Assembly (NCBI GenBank): GCA_051439505.1
Contig: JBFRWI010000183.1
Coordinates: 1-43,774, forward strand
Length of the DNA stretch: 43,774 bases
From: Hormoscilla sp.
GTDB taxonomy: Bacteria > Cyanobacteriota > Cyanobacteriia > Cyanobacteriales > Desertifilaceae
Reading direction: 5' to 3'
Numbering within the stretch: position 1 is the stretch's first letter; each line of letters opens with the position of its first letter. A program made the position numbers and the translations under genes. Of the stretch, positions 27,918 through 39,260 are shown in pieces. The notes under the pieces are model-generated. The model worked only from the letters and a program-made list of their open reading frames with translations. It did not search any database and was not told where the DNA came from.

Positions 27918-30900
27918 ATGACTAGCACCCAAACCATAATTCCTGGCTACAGCAACCTGCAACTGCTGCACGACTCTCAGAGAACCATCGTCTATCGGGG
28001 ACTGCAAAATGAATCCCAGCAACCGGTGGTAATCAAGCTACTCAAGCCAGAGTATCCTACCTTTAACGAACTGGTCAATTTCCGCAATCAGTACGTCATT
28101 GCCTTAAATCTCGACTTGCCAGGAGTGGTCAGACCCCTCGCCCTGGAAAATTATGGTAATGGTTTCGCCCTCGTAATGGATGACTTTGGAGGCATTTCTC
28201 TGTCGGACTACATTGATAAACAGAGTCTGAGTTTAGAGGAGTTTTTCCGGGTGGCGATCGCCCTATGCCGCATTCTGGAAGGACTGTATCGCGATCGGGT
28301 GATTCACAAGGACATCAAACCCGCAAATATCCTCATTCACTCCGAAACTCTGGAAATAAAACTGATCGACTTCAGTATCTCCTCCCTACTACCCAAGGAA
28401 ACCCAAGTTCTGCAAAACCCAGGGATCCTGGAAGGTACTCTTGCCTATATGTCCCCGGAACAAACCGGAAGGATGAACCGAGGGATTGACTACCGCAGCG
28501 ACTTTTACTCCCTGGGAGTTACATTCTACCAACTATTGACCGGGCAACTTCCCTTTCCATCGTCCGATCCGATGGAGTTAGTCCACTGCCACATTGCCAG
28601 AACACCCACTCCTCCCCATGAAGTTAAACCTGACATCCCCCAGATGCTATCATCCATGGTCATGAAGCTGATGGCGAAAACCGCAGAAGACCGCTATCAA
28701 ACGGCCCGGGGACTCCGACATGACCTGGAGATCTGTAACTCTCAGTGGATGGAAACTGGTAGCATTGATCCCTTTGAATTGGCTACAAGGGATATATCCG
28801 AGAGCTTCATCATTCCCGAAAAACTCTACGGACGGTCCCAAGAAGTGGAAACCCTCCTGGCAGCATTCGATCGCGTAGCGGATGGCAAGAGTGAAATGAT
28901 GTTGGTGGCGGGTTTCTCCGGCATTGGCAAAACTGCTGTCGTGAATGAAGTCCATAAGCCGATCGTGCGGCAGCGGGGTTACTTCATCAAAGGGAAATTC
29001 GATCAATTCCAACGCAACATACCCTTTTCGGCTTTCGTGCAAGCCTTCCGAGACTTGATGGGACAGTTATTGGGTGAAGATGATGCCAAGTTGCAAGAGT
29101 GGAAGAGCAAGATTCTAGAGGCATTAGGCCAAAACGGTCAGGTCATCATTGACGTAATTCCAGAATTAGAGCACATTATTGGACCACAGCCGACTCTTCC
29201 CGAACTATCAGGCAGTGGGGCCCAAAATCGCTTTAACATGCTATTTGAGAAATTCATTGGTGTGTTCGCCACTTCGGCTCATCCTTTAGTCATTTTCCTG
29301 GATGACTTGCAATGGGCAGACTCAGCATCCCTGAAATTACTGCAGTTGCTGATGAGTGAGACACCGACGGGATATCTCTTGCTGCTGGGGGCCTACCGAG
29401 ATAACGAAGTGTTTCCTGCTCATCCCTTGATGCTGACTCTTGACGAAATTGGCAAGACAAGAGCAACTCTCAATAAGATCACCCTAGCACCTTTGAGTCA
29501 AGTCGATCTGAATCAATTAATCGCAGACACCTTCATCTGCACCAAAGAACTGGCCTTACCGCTGACAGATTTACTGTACCAGAAAACAAAGGGAAATCCC
29601 TTTTTTGCCACCCAGTTTCTGAAGGGACTACAGGAAGATGGACTGATTGGGTTTAACGAAGATGTCGGTCACTGGGAGTGCGATCTGGCAAGGGTGCGGC
29701 AGTTGGCCCTGACGGATGATGTGGTGGAGTTTATGGCTCTTCAGTTGCGGAAGTTGCCAACTCTTACTCAGTCAGTTTTGAAGCTAGCAGCTTGCATTGG
29801 CAACCAGTTCGATCTGGAAACTTTGGCGGTGGTCTGCGAACAGTCTGTGACCAAGGTAGCCACGGATCTTTGGGGGGCCTTGCAAGAGGGGTTGGTGTTG
29901 CCGAAGAGCGAGATGTATAAGTTTTTCCAAGGAGTTGACGAATCAGAGCGAGAACAGTCGGAAGAGGTATCGGTTGGGTACAATTTTCTGCACGATCGGG
30001 TGCAGCAAGCGGCCTATTCTCTGATTCCCGATTCCCAGAAAAAGTCAACTCACTTGCAAATTGGTCAACTGCTGTTAAGCCACAGGACTCAAGCAGAAAG
30101 GGAAGAGAATATCTTTGACATTGTCAATCAATTAAATTATGGAGTCGAGTTAATTGCCGACGCCGCTTCCCGCTCTCAATTAGCCCAGTTAAATCTGATT
30201 GCCGGACAGAAAGCGAAGTCTGCTACTGCTTATGGCGCCGCCGGGGAGTATCTAGCAATCGGAATGGGACTGCTGGCAAGTTCTAGCTGGCAAAAGCAGT
30301 ATCACATGACCTTGGCACTTTATCAGGAAGCAGCAGAGGTAGCATACCTCAGCACTGACTTTGAACGGATGGAGGGATTGGTTGAAACCGTGTTGCAAAG
30401 GGCTAGTAACCTGTTGGATAAGGTGAAGGTATATGAAGTCAAGATGCAAGCCTGCATGGCCCAGAATCAACTCATAGAATGCCTTCAGATTGCCCTACCG
30501 GTACTGAAAGAATTGGGAGTGCAACTGCCCGAGTCTCCGCAATTCTCAGAGATAGAGGAGGGATTAGCAGAAGCCACCTCACTCTTGGCGGGCAAACAAC
30601 TGTCCGAATTAATTGACCTGCCCCTAATGAGCGCTCCAGACAAGCTGGCAGCAATGATGCTCCTCTCAAAGGTAGTTCCTGCTGCTTTTACCGCAGTACC
30701 TCAACTATTGCCGCTAGTTGTATTTCAACAGGTGAATTTGTCAGTAAAATATGGCAATGCTTCCCAGTCGCCCTTTGCCTATGCCAATTACGGGCAAATT
30801 CTTGGCGGGGTAGCGGGAGACCTGGAACGAGCCTATGAATTTGGCCAGCTTGCTGTCAGCCTGTTGTCCCGGGTAAATGCCCGGGAACTGAAAGCAAAGA

Positions 30901-33305
30901 CCTACGTGATTGTTAATTTTTGTATCCGACATTGGCGGGAGCATCTGAGGGAAACATTAAAGCCTTTCCAGGAGGCTTACACTAGCGGACTGGAAACTGG
31001 AGATGTGGAGTATGGTGCCTATGCAGCGATCAATTACGGCATACATTCATATTTTAGCGGTGGGGAACTGGCGCAGCTCTCTCAAGAAATGTCCGGCTAT
31101 AGTACCCAGCTTCGCAAACTCAAGCAAGAAACGGCCCTTAATTATCATGAAATATTTCGGCAGGCGGTGCTCAATTTGCTCGGGTGCGCGGAAAATCCCT
31201 GCCTGCTAAGGGGCGAAGCCTATGATGAGGTAACCATGCTGCCCCGACATTACTCGGGGAACGATCGACTCGCTATTGCCCACGTTTCCTTAAACAAACT
31301 TATCCTCTGTTATCTGTTTGGCGAGTACCCTCAAGCTGTGGAAAATGCCGCGATCGCCTTCGAGTATTTAGACATGGCGACAGCCTTCGTCGGTATTCCT
31401 CTATTGCATTTTTACGATTCTCTGGCTCAGATGGCCACGTACCCGGCAGCATCGGCCAAACAGCAGCCGATCGCACGAGTCACGAGTAATCAGGAAAAGA
31501 TGCATAAATGGGCCCAAAATGCGCCCATGAATCACCTGCATAAATTCGATCTGGTAGAGGCGGAGCGGCATCGGGTGTTAGAGGAAAATGTGACTGCAAT
31601 GGAGATGTACGATCGGGCGATCGCGGGTGCGAAGGAAAACGGGTACGTACAGGAAGAGGCCCTAGGGAACGAACTGGCAGGGAAGTTCTACCTGGACTGG
31701 GGCAAAGAGAAAATTGCCCGTACTTACATGATAGATGCCTACTACTGCTATGCACGCTGGGGCGCAAAAGCCAAAGTTGAGTATTTGGAGGAACGCTATG
31801 GGTCATTACTCGCTCCTATTCTCAAGCAGAACACAACTAGCTTCACCCCTGGCAGTGCGGTCACTCTGACAAGCGGAACGGTTACTTCTAGCACGACTAG
31901 CGCTGAGAACTTGCTGGATTTATATTCAGCGCTCAAAGCATCTCAAGCAATTTCTGGGGAAATTAAACTGGAGCAATTGCTCAAAGTATTGATGCAAGTC
32001 ATTATCGAAAATGCTGGTGCCTCCAAAGCGGCGCTGCTGTTGCCAAAAGCAGAAGGTTTAGCCATAGAAGCGATCGCCTCTTACGATGCCGAGGACTCTG
32101 GGATCCAAGTAACCTCCGTTGCCCAGTCATTGAGTGTTGCAGAAAGGGAAGATATTCCGCAACTCGTCATCAACCGCATCTGGCGCACCCGGGAAACCCT
32201 GGTACTCAATGATGTTCCCGCCGATACGCGGTTTGCGGGAGACTCCTACCTTCACCGCTGCCAACCGAAGAGTCTACTTTGCGCACCTCTGTTCAATCAA
32301 GGCAAACTGATTGCGATCCTGTACTTGGAAAATCAACTGGTGACAGGAGCCTTTACTTCCTCAAGGATCTCCATACTCAACCTGCTGACCGTTCAAGCAG
32401 CGATTTCCCTGGAAAATGCCCGACTCTATCAGCAGTCTCTCGATTATGCCCAGCAACTGGAACAGGCACAACTGCAACTGGTGCAAAGTGAAAAAATGGC
32501 AACAGTCGGTCAGTTAACTGCCGGAGTTGCTCACGAAATCAATAACCCTGTCAGCTTCATCTCGGGTAATTTGAGTCATGCTTCTGAATATATCCGAGAT
32601 TTAATCGACCTATTGCAACTTTACCAAAAAGAAATATCACTACCCAGCGCTACCATTCAAGATAAAATCGCCGAAATCGAGTTAGATTACCTGATCGAAG
32701 ACTTGCCGCAACTGATTGAGTCCATGAATGAAGGCACCGATCGCATCACGGAGATCAGCAAGTCCATGAGAACTTTCTCCCGTTCCGATACAGTTGCTAA
32801 AGTTGCCTTTAACCTGCACGAGGGGTTAGATAGCACCTTGTTGATTCTCACCCATCGACTCAAGGCTAATCAAAATCGTCCCGCAATTCAAGTGGTGAAA
32901 AACTATGGTGACTTGCCAGAGGTCCAATGCTACCCCGGACAACTCAACCAGGTGTTTATGAATATTATCGCTAATGCGATCGATGCCTTTGAAGAAAGCA
33001 ATCAAGGGAAAACATTTGCCGAGATTAAAAAACACCCCAATCAGATTACCATTACCACAGAACTGACTTCTCTACAAGATACGGTAATCGTGAGAATTCG
33101 GGATAATGGGATGGGGATACCCGCAGAAGTAAAGGCGAAAATATTTGATAATTTGTTTACCACCAAACCCGTGGGCAAAGGAACCGGATTAGGATTAGCA
33201 ATTTCTCAGCAAATCGTGGCAGAAAAGCATGGCGGCAAATTAACATGCACTTCTCAGGTGGGTGAAGGGACGGAGTTCGCGATCGCTTTACCCCTCGGAG
33301 CATGA
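27918..33305 (+). CDS. Ser/Thr kinase - AAA ATPase - GAF - histidine kinase, copy 1
   Basis: [29 protein letters not shown] (LYLEN), AHEINNP, GKGTGLGL. Start MTSTQ matches the paralogs. Confidence 0.95.
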   Translation: MTSTQTIIPGYSNLQLLHDSQRTIVYRGLQNESQQPVVIKLLKPEYPTFNELVNFRNQYVIALNLDLPGVVRPLALENYGNGFALVMDDFGGISLSDYIDKQSLSLEEFFRVAIALCRILEGLYRDRVIHKDIKPANILIHSETLEIKLIDFSISSLLPKETQVLQNPGILEGTLAYMSPEQTGRMNRGIDYRSDFYSLGVTFYQLLTGQLPFPSSDPMELVHCHIARTPTPPHEVKPDIPQMLSSMVMKLMAKTAEDRYQTARGLRHDLEICNSQWMETGSIDPFELATRDISESFIIPEKLYGRSQEVETLLAAFDRVADGKSEMMLVAGFSGIGKTAVVNEVHKPIVRQRGYFIKGKFDQFQRNIPFSAFVQAFRDLMGQLLGEDDAKLQEWKSKILEALGQNGQVIIDVIPELEHIIGPQPTLPELSGSGAQNRFNMLFEKFIGVFATSAHPLVIFLDDLQWADSASLKLLQLLMSETPTGYLLLLGAYRDNEVFPAHPLMLTLDEIGKTRATLNKITLAPLSQVDLNQLIADTFICTKELALPLTDLLYQKTKGNPFFATQFLKGLQEDGLIGFNEDVGHWECDLARVRQLALTDDVVEFMALQLRKLPTLTQSVLKLAACIGNQFDLETLAVVCEQSVTKVATDLWGALQEGLVLPKSEMYKFFQGVDESEREQSEEVSVGYNFLHDRVQQAAYSLIPDSQKKSTHLQIGQLLLSHRTQAEREENIFDIVNQLNYGVELIADAASRSQLAQLNLIAGQKAKSATAYGAAGEYLAIGMGLLASSSWQKQYHMTLALYQEAAEVAYLSTDFERMEGLVETVLQRASNLLDKVKVYEVKMQACMAQNQLIECLQIALPVLKELGVQLPESPQFSEIEEGLAEATSLLAGKQLSELIDLPLMSAPDKLAAMMLLSKVVPAAFTAVPQLLPLVVFQQVNLSVKYGNASQSPFAYANYGQILGGVAGDLERAYEFGQLAVSLLSRVNARELKAKTYVIVNFCIRHWREHLRETLKPFQEAYTSGLETGDVEYGAYAAINYGIHSYFSGGELAQLSQEMSGYSTQLRKLKQETALNYHEIFRQAVLNLLGCAENPCLLRGEAYDEVTMLPRHYSGNDRLAIAHVSLNKLILCYLFGEYPQAVENAAIAFEYLDMATAFVGIPLLHFYDSLAQMATYPAASAKQQPIARVTSNQEKMHKWAQNAPMNHLHKFDLVEAERHRVLEENVTAMEMYDRAIAGAKENGYVQEEALGNELAGKFYLDWGKEKIARTYMIDAYYCYARWGAKAKVEYLEERYGSLLAPILKQNTTSFTPGSAVTLTSGTVTSSTTSAENLLDLYSALKASQAISGEIKLEQLLKVLMQVIIENAGASKAALLLPKAEGLAIEAIASYDAEDSGIQVTSVAQSLSVAEREDIPQLVINRIWRTRETLVLNDVPADTRFAGDSYLHRCQPKSLLCAPLFNQGKLIAILYLENQLVTGAFTSSRISILNLLTVQAAISLENARLYQQSLDYAQQLEQAQLQLVQSEKMATVGQLTAGVAHEINNPVSFISGNLSHASEYIRDLIDLLQLYQKEISLPSATIQDKIAEIELDYLIEDLPQLIESMNEGTDRITEISKSMRTFSRSDTVAKVAFNLHEGLDSTLLILTHRLKANQNRPAIQVVKNYGDLPEVQCYPGQLNQVFMNIIANAIDAFEESNQGKTFAEIKKHPNQITITTELTSLQDTVIVRIRDNGMGIPAEVKAKIFDNLFTTKPVGKGTGLGLAISQQIVAEKHGGKLTCTSQVGEGTEFAIALPLGA

Positions 33306-33454
33306 GCGATATAATATCAAAATCGGGGGATATTTTACAAAAGACTCCCGAAAATCTACCTTAAGGATAATTTGCTTGAGATTTCACAAGATTTTCACAT
33401 TGGGGCATCATGATAATAGGGAACCGATAAGAAAGACAGTTTTGATAAATTGCC

Positions 33455-36400
33455 ATGGCTAGCACCCAAATCCTAATCCCGGGCTACAGCAACCTGCAAC
33501 TGCTGCACTCAAGTCAGAGAACCATTGTGTATCGGGGACTGCAAAATGAATCCAAGCAACCGGTAGTAATCAAGCTACTCAACTCAGAGTATCCTACCTT
33601 TAACGAACTGGTCAATTTCCGCAATCAGTACGTGATTGCCTTAAATCTCGATGTGCCGGGAGTGGTCAAACCCTTGGCCCTGTCCAATTATGGTAATGGT
33701 TTCGCCCTCGTAATGGATGACTTTGGAGGCGTTTCCCTGTCTGACTACGCCGACAAAGTCAGTTTGGAACAGTTTTTGAGAATCGCGATCGCCCTCTGCC
33801 GCATTCTCGAAGGACTCTATCGCGATCGGGTGATCCACAAGGACATCAAACCTGCCAATATCCTCATTCACCCCGAAACTCTCTCAGTGAAACTGATCGA
33901 CTTCAGTATCTCTTCCCTACTACCCAAGGAAACCCAAGTTCTGCAAAACCCAGGGATCCTGGAAGGTACTCTTGCCTATATGTCTCCGGAACAAACGGGA
34001 CGGATGAACCGAGGGATTGACTATCGTAGTGATTTTTACTCCCTGGGAGTGACATTCTACCAACTATTGACCGGGCAACTTCCCTTTTCATCGTCAGATC
34101 CGATGGAGTTAGTCCATTGCCACATCGCCCTTCCACCCACTCCTCCCCAGGAAGTCAAACCTGACATCCCCCAGATGCTGTCATCCATCGTCATGAAGTT
34201 GATGGCCAAAACGGCAGAAGACCGCTATCAAACTGCCCGAGGACTCCGACATGACCTGGAGATTTGTTACTCTGAGTGGGTGGAAACTGGTAGCATTACT
34301 CCCTTTGAGTTAGCCAAGTATGATATATCCGATCGCTTCTGTATTCCCGAAAAACTCTACGGACGAGATCGAGAAGTGGAAACCCTGCTGACAGCATTCG
34401 ATCGGGTAGCATCGGGTAAGAGTGAAATGATGTTGGTGGCGGGTTACTCCGGCATTGGCAAAACTGCTGTCGTGAATGAAGTCCACAAACCCATCGTGCG
34501 GCAGCGGGGTTACTTCATCAAAGGCAAATTCGACCAATTCCAACGCAACATTCCCTTTTCGGCTTTCCTGCAAGCCTTCCGGGACTTGATGGCACAGTTG
34601 CTGGGGGAAACCGAGACAGCTTTGCAACAGTGGCAAGCTCAAATCTTGTCAGCAGTGGGAGAACAAGGTCAAGTCATTATTGACGTGATTCCCGAACTGG
34701 AACGAATAATTGGGCCTCAGCCTCCCGTACCCGCACTATCGGGAACTGCGGCTCAAAATCGCTTTAAACTGTTGTTTGGCAAATTCATCGGCCTGTTTGC
34801 CACCCCGGAACATCCTTTAGTTATTTTCATCGACGACCTGCAATGGGCTGACTCGGCCTCATTGAAGTTGATAGAACTATTAATGTCCGAAACAGAAACG
34901 GAATATCTCTTGCTAATTGGTGCCTATCGGGACAACGAAGTGTATGCAGCTCATCCCTTGATGCTAACATTGGATGAGATTGGCAAAACAACCGCAACAG
35001 TGAATAGCATTACCCTGGCACCCCTCAGTCAAGCAGATATCAATCACCTGGTTGCTGATACCCTCAACTGTTCGGTATCCTTGGGAAGACCCCTGACAGA
35101 ATTAGTTTATCAGAAAACTCAGGGCAATCCTTTTTTCTCCAATCAGTTCCTCAAGTCCCTACATGCAGATGGGTTGATTGATTTTAACTTTCAGGTGGGT
35201 CACTGGCAATGCGATATTACCAAAGTCAGGCAGTTGTCTCTCAGCGATGATGTGGTAGAGTTGATGGTAACTCGCTTGCAAAAGTTACCCCGGGAAACTC
35301 AAGATGTGCTGAAGCTGGCTGCTTGTATTGGTAACCAATTTGATTTGGCAACTCTGGCGATCGTCTACGAGCAGGATCTGACAGAAACAGCCGCTTGTTT
35401 GTGGAAAGCATTACAAGAGGGATTGATTTTACCCACCAGTGAGATTTACAAGTTCTTTACAGTTCCCACCGTAGGGTGGGCACCGCCCACCACCACAGCA
35501 CCGCCCACCACCACAGATACCGCCGTAGGGTGGGCACCGCCCACCTTACAGGAAGGAGAAGCAAAAGATATCGAGATTGCCAGTTACAAATTTTTGCACG
35601 ATCGGGTCCAACAAGCTGCCTATTCCCTTATAGAAGAAGATCGCAAGCAACAAACTCACCTCAGCATCGGCCAACTGCTTCTGAAAGATACCCCTGCCGA
35701 ACATCTGGACCAAAAGATCTTCGATATTGTCAATCAACTTAATATTGGTGCTGATTTAATCGTCGAACAGTCCCAGCGCGATCGCCTGGTTTCCTTGAAT
35801 CTGATGGCCGGACGCAAGGCCAAATCATCTCTTGCTTACGAACCAGCGGTTCGCTATCTGAGTTGCGGACTCCAATTCTTGGCAGAATCTGCCTGGGATA
35901 GCTCTTATGAATTGACGTTCACTCTTTATATTGAAGCCATTGAAGTTCAATTCCTTAACGTTAATTTACCAGAAGCCAAACGACTCTCAGAATTGGCAAT
36001 AGCAAAAGCAAAAACCCTTTTAGACAGAGTCAGGGTTTACGAATTAGAAATTTTGTTTGACATTTCCCAAAATCAAATGCTATCGGCGATCGACCGGGGA
36101 ATAAAAACTCTGGAAATGCTAGACATTGTCTTCCCAAAAGAACCAGAGTTATTGAGGGCCGAGATCGATCGCTTGCGGGCAGAGGTGAACTTAGAAGTCG
36201 AGCAAATTCCTTCTTTAGTTAATCTCCCGGAAATCAGCGATGCCTATAAATATGCGGCCATCCGCATTCTGACCAATGTATCTTCGGCTGCCTATATTGC
36301 CAATCCCACTCTATGTCCTGCCCTGGTATTCACGACTGTGAAAATTTGTCTAGAATACGGTCATTGCCCTTTAGCCGCTTCTGCTTACAGTTGGTATAGC

Positions 36401-38989
36401 TCGATCCTCTGCGGTGCTTACCAAGATCTAGAACTCGGCTATGAGGTTGGCAAGCTATCCATGCAGTTATTGTCGAAATTTAATGCGGCAGCTTTCACCG
36501 CCAAAGTCGGCAATATGTTTGATGTTTTTGTGAGACCTTGGCGAGAAGCCCTTGGCGAATCAATTGCTTCTCTGCCACAGGCAATTCAAGCGGGATTTGA
36601 CAATGGCGATGTCGAGTATGCTTTTTATGGTGCGGTTCACTATTGCAACTATTGTTTCTATGGGGGGCAACCCCTCAAAGACGTGCAGAAGCTCCAGACA
36701 ACCTATTTAGAAGCAACTACCAAAGCCAAATACGAATTCCACGCCGGTTTTCTGCGCATCAACCAGCAAACGGTGGTCAATCTTCTGGGAGAAGGGGAAA
36801 ACAAGAGCGAATTACAAGGTGCGTACTTTGATGAAAGCAAATTGTTACCTGCATGGCTGGAAAATGAGATCATGTTTCTAGTGCTCTGCACCTACGAAGC
36901 CAAAACCAGACTGGCATACCTGTTTGGGGATTACGCCACAGCAGTTGCAGCGGGAAGGACGGGTAAGCAATACGCAAAAGCGGCGGCAGGAACTCTTTAT
37001 AGTTCGGAGCATAACTTTTATTACAGTCTCGCATTACTGGCTAACTACAATCCGAGCAAGGATATCCACGCCCAGAGAATTCTAGAGGAAATCGCAGCCC
37101 ACATGAAAACCTTGAGTTTTTGGGCAGATAACGCCCCCAGCAACTTCCGGCATAAAGAAGCCCTCGTGGAAGCAGAAAAAGCCAGGGTGTTGGGACAAAA
37201 ACTGGAAGCAATGGAACTATACGATCGGGCGATCGCGGGTGCCAAGGAAAACGGGTACGTGCAAGAAGAGGCCCTCGGGAACGAACTGGCAGGCAAATTC
37301 TACTTGGAGAACGGCAAAGAGAAAATTGCCCGCACCTATATGATTGATGCCTACTACTGTTATAGTCGGTGGGGGGCAAAAGCGAAGGTCTCTGACTTGG
37401 AACAACGCTATCCGCAATTACTAGCGCCCATTCTTAACCAGGAAACAACTCCCCTCAGCTCTTGCAGTATCCTGGCCCAAATGACGATGGGAACTGTTAC
37501 CTCCAGCAATTCGGGACGGTCAACCCTTTTGGATCTCTCTTCAGCCATTAAAACCTCTCAAGCCCTTTCTGGGGAAATTGAGTTGGAAAGATTACTCCAG
37601 AAATTGATGCAGGTAATGATGGAAAATGCCGGGGCGACCAAAAGCGCTTTGCTGTTGCCCCAAGCAGAGACTTTAGTCGTTGAAGCTAAGGCAGATTATA
37701 CCGAAGAGGCAGCTTCCATACTTGTACTCCAGCGGGGGCACGCGCCCTCAGAGAAAGAACTGCCCATCAGCATTATCAACACCGTCTGGCGCACCCGGGA
37801 ACCCCTGGTTATCAACGATGCGCTCAATGAAACCAGGTTTACCTCTGACAGCTACCTGATGCGGTGTCAACCGAAGAGCATACTATGTCTGCCCCTGTTG
37901 AACCAAGGTACTCTCATTGCGATCCTGTACTTGGAAAATCACCTGACGACGGGGGCCTTTACTCCCGAGAGGCTCTCTTTGCTGCAACTGTTGGCCTCCC
38001 AAGCTGCCATTTCTCTAGAAAATGCCCGACTCTATCAGCATTTAGAGGAGAAAGTCGCAGCGCGGACCCAGGAGTTAAAGGATAAAAATCTGCACCTTGC
38101 CAAAACTCTCTGTGAACTGCAACACACCCAAGCGCAACTGATTCAGAGCGAAAAAATGTCTAGCTTGGGGCAGATGGTAGCGGGTATAGCTCATGAAATT
38201 AACAACCCCGTCAGCTTCATCTACGGCAATGTTGACCACGCCAATGACTATGTCCGAGACCTACTGCACCTGATTGAGACCTATACCGAATCATACCCCA
38301 ATCCCACAGATATAGTTTCTCAGACAAGGGAAGAAATAGACCTGGAATATCTGGTGGACGACTTGTCAAAACTGATGGGTTCAATGAAGTCTGGTTCCCA
38401 ACGCATCCAAAATATTGTCCTATCCCTGCGAAACTTCTCCCGCCTGGATGAATCATCCATGAAACCTGTAGAACTCCATTCCGGCATTGAGAGTACCCTA
38501 CTCATTGTGCAGCATCGCCTGGAGAGCGCTGGGATCCAGGTGATTAAAGAATACTCTCAATTGCCCCAGGTGACTTGCTATGCTAGTGAGTTGAATCAGG
38601 TATTCCTGCATCTTCTCAATAATGCGATCGATGCTTTGCACAATTCCCGATCGCCCCAAATAACCATTACCACTGAGGTGACCCGATCCGATACTGTGAA
38701 GATTTCCATTGCCGATAATGGACCCGGGATGAGTGATGAGGTGCGATCGCGCATCTTCGACCCGTTTTTCACCACGAAACCGGTGGGTAGTGGCACCGGT
38801 TTGGGGTTAGCGGTCAGTTATCAGATTGTGGAAAAACATGGTGGCAGTCTGACCTGTATTTCTCCACCAGGACAGGAAACCAAGTTTGTCATCGAGATTC
38901 CCACCCAAAACCAGATGGACAATTCCCGATCGGGGACGATTTTAATTGGAAATTTCCAAAAAGGTAATCAAAATCTATCTTCAGGTTAA
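33455..38989 (+). CDS. Ser/Thr kinase - AAA ATPase - GAF - histidine kinase, copy 2
   Basis: Same motif set as copy 1. Confidence 0.95.
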   Translation: MASTQILIPGYSNLQLLHSSQRTIVYRGLQNESKQPVVIKLLNSEYPTFNELVNFRNQYVIALNLDVPGVVKPLALSNYGNGFALVMDDFGGVSLSDYADKVSLEQFLRIAIALCRILEGLYRDRVIHKDIKPANILIHPETLSVKLIDFSISSLLPKETQVLQNPGILEGTLAYMSPEQTGRMNRGIDYRSDFYSLGVTFYQLLTGQLPFSSSDPMELVHCHIALPPTPPQEVKPDIPQMLSSIVMKLMAKTAEDRYQTARGLRHDLEICYSEWVETGSITPFELAKYDISDRFCIPEKLYGRDREVETLLTAFDRVASGKSEMMLVAGYSGIGKTAVVNEVHKPIVRQRGYFIKGKFDQFQRNIPFSAFLQAFRDLMAQLLGETETALQQWQAQILSAVGEQGQVIIDVIPELERIIGPQPPVPALSGTAAQNRFKLLFGKFIGLFATPEHPLVIFIDDLQWADSASLKLIELLMSETETEYLLLIGAYRDNEVYAAHPLMLTLDEIGKTTATVNSITLAPLSQADINHLVADTLNCSVSLGRPLTELVYQKTQGNPFFSNQFLKSLHADGLIDFNFQVGHWQCDITKVRQLSLSDDVVELMVTRLQKLPRETQDVLKLAACIGNQFDLATLAIVYEQDLTETAACLWKALQEGLILPTSEIYKFFTVPTVGWAPPTTTAPPTTTDTAVGWAPPTLQEGEAKDIEIASYKFLHDRVQQAAYSLIEEDRKQQTHLSIGQLLLKDTPAEHLDQKIFDIVNQLNIGADLIVEQSQRDRLVSLNLMAGRKAKSSLAYEPAVRYLSCGLQFLAESAWDSSYELTFTLYIEAIEVQFLNVNLPEAKRLSELAIAKAKTLLDRVRVYELEILFDISQNQMLSAIDRGIKTLEMLDIVFPKEPELLRAEIDRLRAEVNLEVEQIPSLVNLPEISDAYKYAAIRILTNVSSAAYIANPTLCPALVFTTVKICLEYGHCPLAASAYSWYSSILCGAYQDLELGYEVGKLSMQLLSKFNAAAFTAKVGNMFDVFVRPWREALGESIASLPQAIQAGFDNGDVEYAFYGAVHYCNYCFYGGQPLKDVQKLQTTYLEATTKAKYEFHAGFLRINQQTVVNLLGEGENKSELQGAYFDESKLLPAWLENEIMFLVLCTYEAKTRLAYLFGDYATAVAAGRTGKQYAKAAAGTLYSSEHNFYYSLALLANYNPSKDIHAQRILEEIAAHMKTLSFWADNAPSNFRHKEALVEAEKARVLGQKLEAMELYDRAIAGAKENGYVQEEALGNELAGKFYLENGKEKIARTYMIDAYYCYSRWGAKAKVSDLEQRYPQLLAPILNQETTPLSSCSILAQMTMGTVTSSNSGRSTLLDLSSAIKTSQALSGEIELERLLQKLMQVMMENAGATKSALLLPQAETLVVEAKADYTEEAASILVLQRGHAPSEKELPISIINTVWRTREPLVINDALNETRFTSDSYLMRCQPKSILCLPLLNQGTLIAILYLENHLTTGAFTPERLSLLQLLASQAAISLENARLYQHLEEKVAARTQELKDKNLHLAKTLCELQHTQAQLIQSEKMSSLGQMVAGIAHEINNPVSFIYGNVDHANDYVRDLLHLIETYTESYPNPTDIVSQTREEIDLEYLVDDLSKLMGSMKSGSQRIQNIVLSLRNFSRLDESSMKPVELHSGIESTLLIVQHRLESAGIQVIKEYSQLPQVTCYASELNQVFLHLLNNAIDALHNSRSPQITITTEVTRSDTVKISIADNGPGMSDEVRSRIFDPFFTTKPVGSGTGLGLAVSYQIVEKHGGSLTCISPPGQETKFVIEIPTQNQMDNSRSGTILIGNFQKGNQNLSSG

Positions 38990-39260
38990 TTGAGATAGAT
39001 GGGCTTGATATAGCAGTTCTCAAATTACTGTGATCTGCCATTGGGGAGATTGCTAGCGCTCCTGCGTCGCGCCGCTGCGCTAACGGGGGGGTTAACTCAT
39101 AAAGCATAAGTTGATCGCTACGTACCCCCCCCCCTCGCAATGACAAATATTATTTTGCTGTAACACATCAATAAGAGAAATGCAATATTTCAGAAGATTT
39201 TGACATTGGTGTAGTAGAATAGGGAGTAACCTATCAGAAAGGCAGTTTTGATAAATGGCC

